A stretch of 64,000 bases of DNA from Chrysomallon squamiferum (lineage: Eukaryota > Animalia > Mollusca): contig CM022670.1 of the NCBI GenBank assembly GCA_012295275.1, forward strand, positions 24,490,001-24,554,000. The letters are read 5' to 3'. The notes below the pieces were generated by a model. That model was not told where the DNA came from and did not search any database. It saw nothing but the letters and a program-made list of their open reading frames with translations. Positions within the stretch are counted from its first letter, which is position 1, and the number at the start of each line of letters is the position of its first letter. The position numbers and the translations under genes are program-made. Positions 13,601 to 28,122 of the stretch are shown piece by piece.

Positions 13601-15930
13601 TATGAATTAAAGTTCGTTGGCTTTCCAGTATCGATGATAGAACAATTTATGATATTTTCGTATGGTCGAAGGTGTTATCCATCCTCTGCTCACACGCAAA
13701 GTAAAAAGGGAAATGAATTATGTCGCAGCTTCGAGGAGAGTAGATATTTGAGTAGAAATTTTGAGTCGTGTGAAGATTTCCATCTGTTTTGTGCACAGCA
13801 GCAGAACGATTAATATTTTCTGCCACTGAGATATCTTTAGCATTAGAAGACGTCTTCACATTCACTTTGCTTAGTGAGGCAATTTTTCAAACTGATGCTG
13901 TACTCTGAGTACAGTTATTATTGCCAGACCTGTGTTATTCCAAAATGCGTTATGTCGAGAAAATACACATTTGTTTTAAGTCAGATATTTTTAATTTTTT
14001 TTTTTTTTTTTTTAAATGCGAAATTGAAGACATGTAGATACTCGTGATAAATGATAAAACATTTAAGCGCACGTTTTATGGAATCTGTTGAAGGTGTTGC
14101 TGGACAACATCATTTAGCGTGTCTCTCCCGTCCAAGGTGATCCATCTTCGATCACACAATGGAGGGTCATCATTTACGACATTTTTTTTTTACAATGATT
14201 TACACACGCTGATGGTGTCTGAGATAAAATTGCATCCGCCAAGTTTTCATAATAGTAGCTAATCAACAACCATCTCGTCGCTTTTAAGAGCAGGACGGAA
14301 TAATATCCCAAGGTTTGTGTTAACACTGATCCATTGTCCATACTGTCGTCACCAAAGTCGTAAATCTCAACCAGAGCAAATGTGGCTGAGAGGCTTCTGG
14401 TTATCGTTACAAACGTATCATCCTTTTAATTAAAAATCTCTCCCAGCTAATATATAGCTTAAGAGAATAGAGAGTACGATGGGTGACGTAACTGGCAATT
14501 ATTTGAAAGGTAATCAAAATGAGATCAGCGTATAAGGGGGGAACATGTGATGATAGTAAGAGAGTGATAGTAGAGACCAAAATGGGAAGAAAAGTGAGCG
14601 AGAAAAAAAATGAAAAATGAAAAAAACAGACTGACATTAACAATCCGCGATATATACAAATGTGTGTGTGTGTGTGCGTGTGTATGTGTGCGAGAGGGAG
14701 GGACAGAGAGACACAGAGAGATAGAGAGAGAGACATGTCGTGGACAAGTAACGTAGAATAACATAATACAGGGTAGTGAAAACACACCTCCCCCAGTTAC
14801 ATTCCTCATTCACCAAAATCCTCATAAACATTCTGCATTGTGTTGAAACATGAAGTGTAAATGTCCAGTGATTTGACATCAGAGATTTGTTTTGTTTTTT
14901 AATATAAAGCAATAAGCTCGTCACACTTTGTTCAGGTGTCTCATAAGTGCTGGACAGTTATTAATATGTCGTAGTGGCAGAACACGTAATGCGTTTGTTA
15001 TAAACCGCACTGCTCTGAGCGAGATGTGAACAGTCTCGTCTGAAGTTATATCACATGTTTACGTGTTACGTCTACCATTTAGGCCAGATTCGGACGATCA
15101 TGTGTACAGCGATTATAATCTCACCGGATATTTCAGGACAGTAATTGTCTCCTTTATTAATAGCAGGGCTTTAACGTATTATTCATTTATTTCCATAACT
15201 GAGTTTATTCATTCTAAATATCATGCCAGTTCAAATAATTAAATATGCGCATCCCATCCAGACGGACAGTCAGAGACACAGACACACACACAAACACACT
15301 CTAGCACAAATACATGTAATATATACCAACATAATGCACACGCCATTTATACCGTCAAGTGAGAAAGTACCCCGCTGATAAGAAACACAGTGCAAGCACG
15401 TATCTACAGGATAATGAAGGATACAACCATGCGACAGGAATTCATTTAAGCAGTGAATAAGAAAACAAACTAGCCACTCACGTATAGTAAATGTGCTATG
15501 TCAGTTCAACGCTAGTTATTACTCTCGAGCTTCAAACCATATTCGTGCGAATGGCAGTTAAAGTAAGTATATCAGGAATATTACGAGAGCATCAGGAGTA
15601 TTTAATACGTTTATTTTACGATCGATAACACAGAAGATAACAGTTATTTTCTACGTGATGAATGTCTGGAGTGTAATGCGGTGATGCACAAATGGATGTC
15701 GGTTTTACTCATATATATCATAATATAAACTGCATCTGCATACAGTGCATTGATTTATAATAATGAAAGACGTTATATACTTTTCAGAGATTTATAAATC
15801 TGAACAGTTTTGCATGCCATTGCTTGTAAAAGTACATTCATATATAAATAATACATACATACATACATACATACATACATACATACATCCACACACATAC
15901 ATACATCCACACGCATTCATACACAAAGTT

Positions 15931-16130
15931 GTCGTGAGGGCCGAATGGCCTGCTACGGAGGGCGGGCTATTGGGTGGCATAAGTTCGAGTCTCGTCAGCG
16001 GCATCTGACTTTCTCCTCATGTGCCAGTGCGTTCCCGAATATTGTCTATATACTGAGACTAATAAGAGACACATGAGACAGAGATGTTCAGTCCTAAATA
16101 CATACATACATACATACATACATACATACA
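15931..16130 (+). mobile_element. tRNA-derived SINE candidate with (TACA)n tail
   Basis: 5' GTCGTGAGGGCCGAATGG resembles a tRNA-Ser/Leu 5' end and A box; B-box-like AGTTCGAGTC at 15982-15991; TCAGCGGC can pair with the 5' end; ~100-bp body then TAAATACATACATACA tail. Confidence 0.55.
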
Positions 16131-17338
16131 CACAGTACAAAATGATGGACGTGGATAGCTGTTATCCTTGGGTCCATGCATCATTTATAACAGTTAATGA
16201 GTGTTTACAGTTGTACGCACTAAGAAATAATTGTGTCAAAACCTAAGCCCAAAGACAACTGCTGTAATGACCTGCAGGCGAACACGTCTGTTTGTGATGA
16301 CGACAAGAGTTCATTTGTGCTCGATACCTTGATAAACAGTCATTAAAAGCTTCTCGCTGACAAACAAACTGGAACAGGACATGAAATGCAGTACCCTCCA
16401 GTGAAGTCGCTCACAGAAATATCTGCAGATGGCATTGTTTCTTGATAATTACTGTGAAACGGCTGTTTATTAAAATCTCCACTCAAGCGTCTTTTGACAA
16501 CACGCGAACCAAGGACGTATTGTTTGTGGGCAAACACAGTGCGTACGAGTGTTTTTCTCGATCGTAGACCAGCTAGTAAGAGTTTTGTAAAGAATCTTTG
16601 TTAACGGCTTAATGCACAAGAAGAAATGACGCAAATATTAACATAATTATTATTTACCCGCGAGCTTAGTATACGTGGCAAATACAGAATATTGTTTAGA
16701 AATTGCACTGAGGCCTTTGAAACAGGAACTGCAGTTATGAAAAATACATAGTATATGTACATACTTATGCATTATATACGTAGAAAAATACACGCATGTA
16801 TATGGAAATTCCTAACCATGTCGGGTTTATGTTTGACAAAATAGTCGGAGCTCGGTGGTATCGATGGAAGGAAAGGATGACATCTGGTTTAAAGACATCT
16901 CAACATATTTTAACATTTATCACTAGCAAATCTCAGGCATCTGATTTTGATATAAAGAGAAAATCTTTTTTCACATTACAGGGTACACTCGGTGGTTAGT
17001 CGTTGTTTTATATGCTCTGTCTGTCTATGTACATAATATACAGCTTGACATTCTGATGTCACTGTATACTCAGTAACATCTACAAATCGATGCATCAATA
17101 ATACATAAAAAAAATTGCAGAAGGCTGTGAATTATTCACAACGAAACGAGATAAATGTTTTAATTTATTTATAAAATATGACACTAAGATTGCAGGTATT
17201 TTACACAGGCGTGCTATAAATAAAAGACTGATGAATATTTGCTCGACAAGACAATATACTATTGTTATAGGTTTAGATTTGACATTATTCTTTCTGCCGT
17301 GGTCAAATCTTAGTGTTGTGAGCGTCACAAAAAGAACC

Positions 17339-17398
<60 letters not shown>

Positions 17399-17753
17399 AA
17401 CAAAAAAGACACTAGCGAGTATGTATATAAAATAATCACATATACAAGAAAACACCAGTGAAATAGTACATAAAAGAATAACACAGTGTGTGTCTATGTG
17501 TGTTTTACTATATACGTCTGAAATTCCAAAAACATTGCCATACCCGAATAAAAGATTTATTCAATATCCTTTATTATAATTTACTTTTTTAGACAGTGTC
17601 AAGATACCAGTATTGCTAAACATTCATTTCAAAAATTAAAATAAAGGACATAACAAATAATGATGTATAATGGAGTTCGCATCATATGTCTAAACAGTGA
17701 TTCCTGTGTTTCCGTTTATAAGAGAATTTTTTTCCTGTTAATAATTCGATAGA

Positions 17754-17787
<34 letters not shown>

Positions 17788-19129
17788 ATCTTTTGGTCTA
17801 TTATTGCAAACCTAAACCTTCATTATTAACAACACATAACGGTTTTTATATAGTTTTTCTAATAACAAACCCGGCATGCACTGTAATAACGGTACAAAAA
17901 ATATTAACGTAAAACCAATTGACGTTGTACAAAATGGATCCTAGACCCATTTTCGTTATTTTACGTGTGTTGCTCGTTTCATTAACAGGCTTCTTGATGA
18001 GTAACGACGCTGGTATAAAACGCTTTTTTTTTTCTTCTCCTCAGTTTTAGGAAATATCGACCAAAGAAAACATGGCATATCGAAATTTGTTATTTTCGTT
18101 ATCAAGACATTATCACCATTAACATTTCCGCCAAACTTTCATCTTTGTATCAGTGCTGAAGTTATTATTATCATTATTATGATTATGATTATGATTATTA
18201 TTATCATTATTATTATTAGTAGTATTAATAGTAGTAGTAATAATAGTAATAGTAGCAGCAGCAACAGTAGTAATAGTAGTAGTAGTAGTAATAGTAATAT
18301 TATTATTATTGTTACTTATTATTGTTGTTGTTGTTGATGATGGTCTTACGGTCCTTGTTATTGTTGTCTGTATAAAATTAAAAAAATATATATTGTTATT
18401 AAGTTATTAATATTGTTTTTTTCCTTTCTCTTTCCTTTATTTTTATCCCTCCCTGTTTAATTTCATTTAACCATTTATTTCATTTTGGATGCTTTTTTGT
18501 TTTCTTAAACGCAAATGAAATGTTTAACATCTCAATCAATTACAGAGATAACTTTTCTTTGACAGTCCAAGCAACCATAGCCGTTGTCTGTTGTAGTGTG
18601 AAATGAAGTAATAAAATAGTCAACTTTTAAAAATGAATTTTCACTGACAGCGTATTTTCTTTTTCATGGGAAGATTAAAAAAAGTTAAAATTGATAGCAG
18701 ATTTAAAATAAATTAAAAAAAAGATGGCACAATAAATTACAGCATAATATAATATAATATAATAAATATAAAAATTAGAGAATGAAAAAAAAAAAAACCA
18801 AAACCTGAATGATAACTGAATGATATTGAATATCTTCATAATACTTTGAATTTTATTTATTTAATTAATTATTTTATTTTTGGCCAAAAAATAAGGTTAG
18901 GAATGAATACCTGATTTATTCATTTAATTATGTCTGAATGAATATTTTGAAACCAACTAATTTAGATAAATAATTATCTGAAAATGAAAACTGGCACATT
19001 TACCACCATCGATACTACTACTTTCACCACGGCCACAACAACCACTCCTAGTGCAACCCTACTGTTACTACTACTACTTCAATTTCAACTACAACCACAG
19101 CTACTACTACAACTACTACTACAATGATG

Positions 19130-19180
<51 letters not shown>

Positions 19181-20157
19181 TTAATAATAAATTAATATCG
19201 ACAACGATTACGATAATAACGAAGATAATGCTAATAATTATGATGATGTTACGACTATCTCTACGACTATCAGTCATCACCATAAAACACTACCATCAGT
19301 GCTGCTATCTGACCCCTTTAGCTAATAATAACCATAATAAACTGTCACTGATTCCTCGAGACAATGTCTGACCAAACCCTACATCATCTGTGTCGTGTTC
19401 CACTATAAAAAAGAAAAAAAAGCAATCCACTCTGTCTGGGAGATGCGCCACGGTTTCAAATCAGCTTCCTGGTCCTTGGACATGATGGGTCTAGTAATTG
19501 TCCTCAGTTTATCAGAAGACGCTGCTCTGTTATAATATCACTGTTTCCTTCCTGCTGGTGCCGATTCAAACTGTCTGGATGCTGTTTGCTGGTTTACATG
19601 AGCGTCTATTTTGGCCAGCACGGTTATGTTAATGAAGAATGGATCAGTCGTGGACACTGTTAGTGTTAGTGGTAGTGGTGGTGGAGGTGGAGGTGGTGAT
19701 AGTGGTAGTAGTAGTAGGAATAGTAATGATGATGATGTCGATGATGAGATGAAAATAATAATGAAGATAATAATTAGTTGTTACTATTATTAGCTTGGTT
19801 TTTTATTTTATTTTTATTTATTATTATTATTATATATTTTGGTTTTTTGGCAAGCTCCTAAAATTATTCATTCATTTTTCTTTCTTTTTTGCTGTTTATT
19901 GCTCTTTACTAACAACAATCAGTGGCATTCTAGACTTTAGCAACGACTCTTTTTCATTTTATTAATATGAACTGGTAAATGATATGTTACCACTAAGCAA
20001 TATATCTAGTTCTATATTACAGATTTAGCATCAGTAACCTTTTGTCTTAAAAAAACCTTCAGATTTCAATACTTACATAAACAAAACGTACTGTTTAACT
20101 ACATTAGTACACCAAGATGATGACCGCACGGAACTCTTATCATTTGATTTAACTCAC

Positions 20158-20415
20158 CTGCAACAACGACGGTCTCCTTAGACTGTCCACGGAAATGGGA
20201 TTCCGCGTCTCCAGACAGAACGAGACGCTTTTGCAAGGAGCGGGAGTGAACGAGAGAACTTCAGACGCGGAGAGTGGAAGCAGGTTGGGCGAGGCAGCGC
20301 TGGGCTGGAGGACCATGGGTGCCGAGCCTCTGCGGGAAACCTCCGGCGGTCTAAGAGCACTGCAAGTCGACGCCCGGCGGTTTTTACGAACAAGAGTTCC
20401 AGCTCGTCCCAGCAT
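20158..20415 (-). CDS. Putative variable first coding exon D (86 aa, MLGRAGTLVRKNRRAS...RRGSAP...KSVSF...RRPSLLQ)
   Basis: ATG at 20415, in-frame TAA upstream; perfect donor CAG|GTGAGT at 20158/20157, phase 0; all three shared motifs present; GC-rich. Confidence 0.82.
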
Positions 20416-23400
20416 GACGACACAAAAAAACAACAACAACTGCTTGTTACGTTTTCCTAAAAGTTACGCTTGCTGAGCATCAATCTATAACTGTGTTGTA
20501 AGTACTGCTCGGAAACGATTTCGTTATGTCATTAGCAGCAGTTCTTGAATTTTGCCTGAATCATCCGCACGTCGTAATGATTTCTTTTTGAAATAAATGC
20601 ATATACCAGTCTTTTCCTTTCGGTTTTTTTTTTTTTTTTTTTTTTTTTTTGTTATTTTTATGAGGAAATTAAGAATTCTTTCTTATACGGCTAGTGACAC
20701 ATTTTAAAGTGATTTTAATTGCTTTCAACACAAGTCACTTCCGATTGTGACATCATAATTGATTGTATTTTGTGGATTCTCATAAAACTTAGTAATTGCG
20801 TTAAGGTTGATGTTCTTCACTGCAAGAAGGCATTACGACATTTTAGCTGCATGTCAGATTAATACCTCTCATCGTCAAACCTGCTTCTTGCCCAGTCCAG
20901 GGTCGGAAACAAAAGCTCTGCAAATATCACTTTCTATCAGATTATATATTTCTGTCATGACATTAAGACGAGTCACGATGTTATAAAACACATCCTTCTT
21001 TCACGGAAAGAGACGTGACGCTAATTCCAATTCATCAAGTATACAGTTCCTGCAACCTGATTAACACAGGTCCGTGTTTCTGAAGAGTCCCGGGTTTGAC
21101 AAGCCGGAATCACTTTTTTCTTTTCAGCACAAGAAATAGACCTTAGGTTAATAAGTGTAGCAGACCTTTGAATATTGCAGTCACGACAGAAACCTTTTAT
21201 ATTTTATTTCAAACTTACGAAGATCGAAATTAAGTTTTCTTGAAAGATAAATCTATTTTCTTTTAAATTCTCAGGGAATTAGTATTAGTTATTGGTTGTT
21301 TCTTTTGTTTTTTGTTTTTTTTTAAATAAAACTGTAACGTTATAACAATCAATAACAAACTGGAATGTGTAGAATATAGCGAAAATTTCCTTTTTTTAAA
21401 CCAACAGAACAGATCGTAATTATTTTAACAATGAAGTTCCAACCAGTCTCGTTCCTCTTGAATACTAATTAAAAAAAGATTCTTTTTTTGAACCTCTCCG
21501 TACACCTCCTATTGTAGAATTAATACAAAATGTTTTGAGAGAAGGATAATAATTTGGTATGTTTAAGTAAATATAGGGTATTATTCCAATATTTAGCAAG
21601 AACAATAATTGTTTCTTATATTCAAGTATTTAAGCTGCTGTTTGCTAAGATAACTTGGGCTTTTAGAAACACAGTATGGTTTAAACATACTTTTAAATCT
21701 AAATTTCAGTTATTAAATTGGTGGTTCCTCTTATAAAATAAGTAAACGCAGATTCAAAAGTATACAAGAAAGGAGACAGCAAATGTGAAGTATTCAAATT
21801 TAAATACTATTAAGATAACTATAAAGGCTGTAATATTATCACTGTGACAACCATAAAGTAAAAATCACCAAGAGAAGAAGACTTATATATAAATTCGTTT
21901 TCGAAAGCTTTTCCAAACAGCGCTTAAGAAAATTAACATTCAAAATTTGTCACCGTTTTTTCATAATATTTCGATATCCTTGAAAATATCCGTATCTTCA
22001 AATATCTAAAACTGCAGCAAGAAGACGTAAAATTCATTAAGTTAATAAGAAAATGTATCTGCTAAAGGCACCATTAGTGGCTGTTGTTTTCGTACTATGC
22101 CACTGAATAATGGATTATCTTTTTTGTGCCGAGATTTTTTTGTTTATAATAAATCACATATAAACAGTAATTTCTAAACACTGGAAACCAGCCAGGTGAG
22201 ACCAGTAACTACTCAACATTTCATCACTCAAAATATCCTTAAACTTCCATAAAATTGATTAATTTTTCTATTATCTAAATTTTCCAAACATTATTTTCAA
22301 AACAGAATTCTCATACAAAAGATACCCGACCTAAACGTCATCTGCAAGGAACAATAGCCGATAAAGAAAAAAAAATCTCTTCAGCATTGGCATAAATATT
22401 ATGTAACGACGCATGCGCAGATGCTAGGGAATCTGTACAGCATCGTACGAGACACGTAGAAAAAAAGTCCTACGCAATCACTTTATTATTGATGATGCAT
22501 TTTCCCAAATCATTTTATTTTCTAAACGGATAGAATTGTATCGACATATTGTATTGGCAAGCATGACATAAAACAATTATCTCGACGCTTTCGACACGAA
22601 AGGGTTGCAGCCAGTTGACGCACACTGAGCAGAAAATTGTTCTTTCTCAACTCTTTAAGTAGCTTTTCTGCACAAACGAAAGACGGATTGTGTTTAGATT
22701 AACAATAACAAGAAAACAAGTCAAACGCTGCCATGAAAACAAATAAAGCGACGTTGTCACGTTAGCGTTCTTCGTAATTCACAGCAGGGAAATAAAAAAT
22801 ACTTCAGATGGAAAGAAATTAGACGTACAAGATGTGATGTGATATCTATACGTTTCCGTTTAGTTATTAAATAAAAATAAAGATAATAACAATAATGATA
22901 ACAGTTCAATATCGACATTTTTGTACTTTAGTTAGATATCTAATTTTGCCTGTTTATTCTGCAATTTCGTGTTAAGTGTATTTCGGAATGTTTATTTTTA
23001 TAATTTTATTATCTTTGTCTCTTTATCTTTTATTTCTGTTGCTTTTTGGCTCCGTTTAATTTTTCTTCATTACACTTTAATAACGTTAGTCACCTTCTGT
23101 CACGATCATTATTACTTTCTTCGTGTTTGTGTCATTTTCATTTTCTTAACAAGCCACAGGAGTCGATTCATCTTCCATTTTGAAAACCAAACCCATTATA
23201 TGAGACTAATGTGTATTTGTTACTGTTTACTGTTCCTTAGCGTGTCGTTTAAACCTTCAGAAATCTTGGCTTATGTAATAGATATGATTGTTACTAGTAG
23301 ATGGTCATCACCATTAATTTTTAGTGTTAGCTAATATTGCCCCCAAAACCCCCCACAAAAAAGACATAGATATTATATTGTTTGTTTATCACATGTGTGA

Positions 23401-24708
23401 TTCTTGCTATTACTTTTTATCAACACTAAGGCTCATAGTCAGTAATAATAATCATGCAAACATTCACATAAGATATAATATATATCAACGACGTTCTTCA
23501 GAGTGAAGTTTGAACTTCCAGTAAAACTGGTATACTTTGATATGAATATTGAACGCTCAAGTAACAGTGGCAAAAGACAGATTATAACACGTGTTACAAC
23601 TGACCAGTTTTTCTACGTTTAATAATACTGACCTATGAAAATAAGGAGACGTCATGGCGCTACGTAGTCGTCGACGTATTTAAGATGTTTCGCAACGTGT
23701 GTTCTTTCCGGCGTGTCAGGAAAAGCTGACGTCGTGATGAAAATAACAGGTGAAAGTTCTGAATGATTTCGTCTACTCCATTCATTGCCAAAATTCCCCT
23801 GAGGCTGCCGGGCTTCAAATTTTCTTCGTTAATATTCCGAGCAATTATAGCTGTTCGTTAAAACTGCTAACTCCAGTGCCATACTAACGATTCAAAACGC
23901 AAAATTAAGTTTCTGAAGTAATTGTCATACAAAAACTGGATCAGGAAAATATCTAACATAAAAACTGGAATTATTTTTTTTTTTATTCGTTACTGAAACA
24001 CTGTTAATTAATAAACGTATTACCGCTAAACATTTCTGAAATCTAAACTTTGAAAAAACCAAACCACCAGATACTGTAAAATAAAAATTCTACTGCTCTT
24101 CTTACTGAACAGATTTTTAAAAAAATTAGGAGAGAAACAGCAAGTAAATTACCACAGGCCAGTAAATCATTGTTGTGGGCATCATAAAATAATAATGATT
24201 AAATCCTACAGAGTATTAATAAATGCAATCTTGTTAAATGAAGTTCTGGTTTTCTTTTTTCTTTTTCCTTTTTCTGCAAAAGCAGAGAAAAGAGAGTTGG
24301 CCAGTGAATTGTCTGTTAATTATCTCACAATGTTCCATGTGTTCTCAGTTCAGAAGATACTAACTGTTTGATAAAAACCACTGCGTCCATAAAGTAGTAA
24401 CCACAACAAATTTTATGTTACAAAAAGATGTTGCAAAAGCTTATTTCCTTAGACAAAGGACTTTCAGTTATAATCTTTTTTTTTTCTTTTTACTCTTCTT
24501 AGATTTTTAAAGTAATTCGATAGCAGTCAATTCCGTGGATTTTGAGTCTTGCACGTAAAAAAGTACAGTTTATGCAATGGCAGTAGTGAAGTCGTTCTAG
24601 ACTACTGAACACCAACAAGGTAAACAATATAAGAAAACTAAACCCCAACAAAATACTGAAGAAAAAAATAACGCTTCAGTGATTTCATTAACATCCGAAG
24701 AATAGCAC

Positions 24709-24718
24709 AGAGAGAGCG

Positions 24719-24800
<82 letters not shown>
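24709..24800. repeat. (GA)n microsatellite
   Basis: Direct reading; similar tracts at about 26673-26744, 36482-36577, 55585-55647, 58270-58360, 61459-61555 and (CT)n at 35583-35682, 46481-46560, 62012-62090. Confidence 0.95.
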
Positions 24801-24804
<4 letters not shown>

Positions 24805-25140
24805 AACAGAATAGCACAACAGTTATAACGTGATCATTACGGTATCCTGGTTCTGATTACGTCATCTGCTGAAGAAGATATATTAACACATGCACTGAAT
24901 GGTAACTAGGTGTGTAGATATGTAGGCAGATAGGTGGACGGATAGATAGACATGTTAAAGGTAACAGATTAAGTAATAAATATTACAATTCAAATTAAAG
25001 TAACAAATAAATTTATAAGGAATTTAACTAAAACAAATAAACGAAATGTTTTAAAAGGACAACAAAAAATGGTAAAACTTGAAAATATCAAATGAAAAAA
25101 AAAAAAAAAAAAAAAAAAAAAACAAAATTTCAAAAATAAA

Positions 25141-25177
<37 letters not shown>

Positions 25178-25737
25178 CAAACAACAAAAACAACAACAAA
25201 AAGGATAAATAAAAACAAACGAACAAAAAAAAAAACAGAGCATTCTTAATCTGTTCTACGTCTTCATTTCCAACATCAGTCGTACCTGTATCTTGTTTTT
25301 GTGAATAAAACGGATCTGAACTAACGTGTGTGTAGAAACGCAGTCGTATTAAAATGTATCCGGGTTACATCTGGTGAAATATCAAGCTGCAAGGCCCACG
25401 CTAAACGATGTAAAATTGATTAGACACTGTAAGTTTAATTTCCTGATGACGACCAATTTCCTTTCATTCTGCCGTTCTCCACATCGATATAGTTTCTACG
25501 ATCTGCACAGGAAAACAATTACTAGTGATATTTTAGCGAACCGGAGAGGTTATTAATAAAAACAATATAGTAATAAAAAATAAAAAAACGGTAGTTTTTC
25601 AGTTATTAAAAATATATATTACTGATGTTTAAGCTGATAAAACCAATTCAAGTTTGTACGAAGGCGTTCTGATTAATTTGCAGGCAACCACAGACACAGC
25701 ATTTTCTTAAATATACTGTCTCTCCTTCTTTCATTTC

Positions 25738-25775
<38 letters not shown>

Positions 25776-26662
25776 GTACACACATATATATTGTTTTATA
25801 TTATATTTAGACCGAATTTTCAAACTGTGTAACGTCTTTTAAAACAGAGCATATTAATATTTTTTATACAGTTAACAAATCATAATTGCTTGTGCAATTG
25901 TCTTTTTGTAAAACAAATTTTTTGAAACAGATTGTATAATTCTTGTGAAAGTAAGAAATAAACATACAAACAAAGACTGAAGAAAGAAAAAACAAAACAA
26001 AACAACAACAACAACAACAACAAAAAAGAAGCAATTCACAAGACTGTTGTCCTTAATACCAAGAATCAGATACGGTTAATGATGTCATTTATATAAATAG
26101 TATTTATTAAATACAAATTATGGTTAACATACGTTTATATTTAACATTATAAGTCGGTATTTAAAAATATGTTTCATAGAGTTAAATAAATACATTGTCA
26201 ATTTCCACAAATGTTTTAATATATATGTACAATACGAAGAATGATAACTGTTTATAATCTGGTTAATTAACTTGTTATTATTTATATTAGATTTTTTTCT
26301 CGACACGAAGACGTAATGCTGTTTAATGATGTCAGCATTGTTAAATAATAAAAAACAAACAGATAAATGTTACGATGTTTTTAGATGAAAACTAGAAATA
26401 CTGTTGATCCTCTATTTCACGGACTAATTAGGGGAGAGCACCGGTCCGGAAAATGCAAAAGAGGAGAAACCGCGAAATTAAACATTAACACTAAGATTTA
26501 CCCGAAACATTAAACTTTAGAACACATAACAGCTGCATAATACAAAATAAAAGACATAAAGACAATATAAAAAAATGTCATACAGTATATGTAAAGAAAA
26601 ATGTACGGTTAGAGTGGGTGAAGTTTGTTAGGTTAGGATGGGTATGGGTACAATTTTAAAAT

Positions 26663-26746
<84 letters not shown>

Positions 26747-27411
26747 GAAATGTAAAATTATTTATTTATTCAGTTTTATTTATTTATTTAATCATATCAG
26801 CCATTTATTTTTCCAGTTTTATTTATTTATTTATCTATCAGCCATTTATTTGTATTAGTAATGGAATTTCTCTAAAGAAATAGAACGTGGAAACTGCCTG
26901 AAACAAGTAACAGAGATATTAATTATAAGATTTTCTTTGTGAAATAAGCCGCAGGAAGCAGATTCGTGTAATCTTAGTGCTGTGTTCTTCACCTTGGCTC
27001 TTTATTATTCCCGTTTTCCCATTTGTTTGCTTTAGGAGATTATCATGATGATTAACATTTATTAAGTGTTGACGTACTCACAAAAAAACAACAACAACTA
27101 CAACAGAAACCATTCCTATTTCCATTTAAAGCTACAGAGATTGATATAAGAAACTGTTCTAAGCAAATATAAAAGCAATCAGTTTATTTTATAGTGAAAA
27201 CAGACCGCGTTAAGCTTGACTGATGTTTGTCAATGGGTTTTTGAAGATCAGTATTCAAGATCTGAAACGAAGATTCTTTTAATTGCAGCTTCTAGTTAAA
27301 AGAAACTGTATATATATTCTGATTTAGTTCAGTAGTGTTTTGATTTATTCATTTAAATGTCTCTATTGCTTAGAATTCACCTACTCTGGGTGTTTTTTTG
27401 CTTTACACTCA

Positions 27412-27554
27412 ACATACATACATACAATATTATACATACACATACATACATACACACATACATACATACATACATACATACATACATACATACATACATA
27501 CATACATACATACATACATACATACATACATACATACATACATACATACATACA

Positions 27555-27588
<34 letters not shown>

Positions 27589-27616
27589 CATATATATATA
27601 CACACACACACACACA
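27412..27616. repeat. (TACA)n microsatellite
   Basis: Direct reading; similar tract at 29815-29985. Confidence 0.95.
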
Positions 27617-28065
27617 TCTTTGTTTTACTTCAATCAGTGCAGAAAGCAAAGTTACATTCGATTGGAAAGTTTTCTGAATAATGCATATTGTCTCGAAAGG
27701 TCAGTAGGGCGGACCACTTAAACCATAAGCAGTGTATAAGCTGAAGATTGCCTATTTTAAATTATTAATCTACAATTAACGTCTGCAGTCTGGCTCAGTA
27801 CAGTGTCTGGTCATAAGTAATTAACGTTCAGGCAGGCGCTTGAAATACATAAGATTATTTATGCATATGCTTGAGAATTAGTTTCTGTGATATATGTATA
27901 TGTGTACAATAATTAAAATACATGTTGTATCGGTTGAGAGAGAAAGAAAGAGAGCAAGAGAGAGAGAGGGAGGCAGAGGTAGACAGCAGCAGAGAAACAA
28001 GAAACTAAACAGCAACATGAACACGTCTTCGTGAGAGAGTGACCGTCATACACAAAAAGACTTAC

Positions 28066-28122
28066 ACCAAGACGCTTATTGATCCGGTAAACCTCGCACT
28101 GACGTTGGTAACGGTGTTTCAT
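28066..28122 (-). CDS. Possible short unrelated first exon (19 aa, MKHRYQRQCEVYRINKRLG)
   Basis: AAAATG with upstream in-frame TGA; donor GGT|GTAAGT at 28066/28065, phase 0 like the five paralogous exons; no sequence similarity to them. Confidence 0.25.

Noticed and set aside
15931-16002. Functional tRNA gene
   Set aside because: D, anticodon and T stems are degenerate and no oligo-T terminator follows; better explained as a SINE head.
16343-16600. Possible decayed extra paralogue (RKTLVR, VLGSRVVKRRLS, and STIEKNTR in another frame)
   Set aside because: No ATG, motifs scattered across frames, no matching phase-0 donor; similarity is within chance.
27340-27721. Long ORFs of HTYI/MYVC, ERER, SLSL, poly-N/I/F/S type here and at 3894, 19051, 35366, 42154, 48280, 61911 and others
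   Set aside because: Translations of stop-free microsatellites, not genes.
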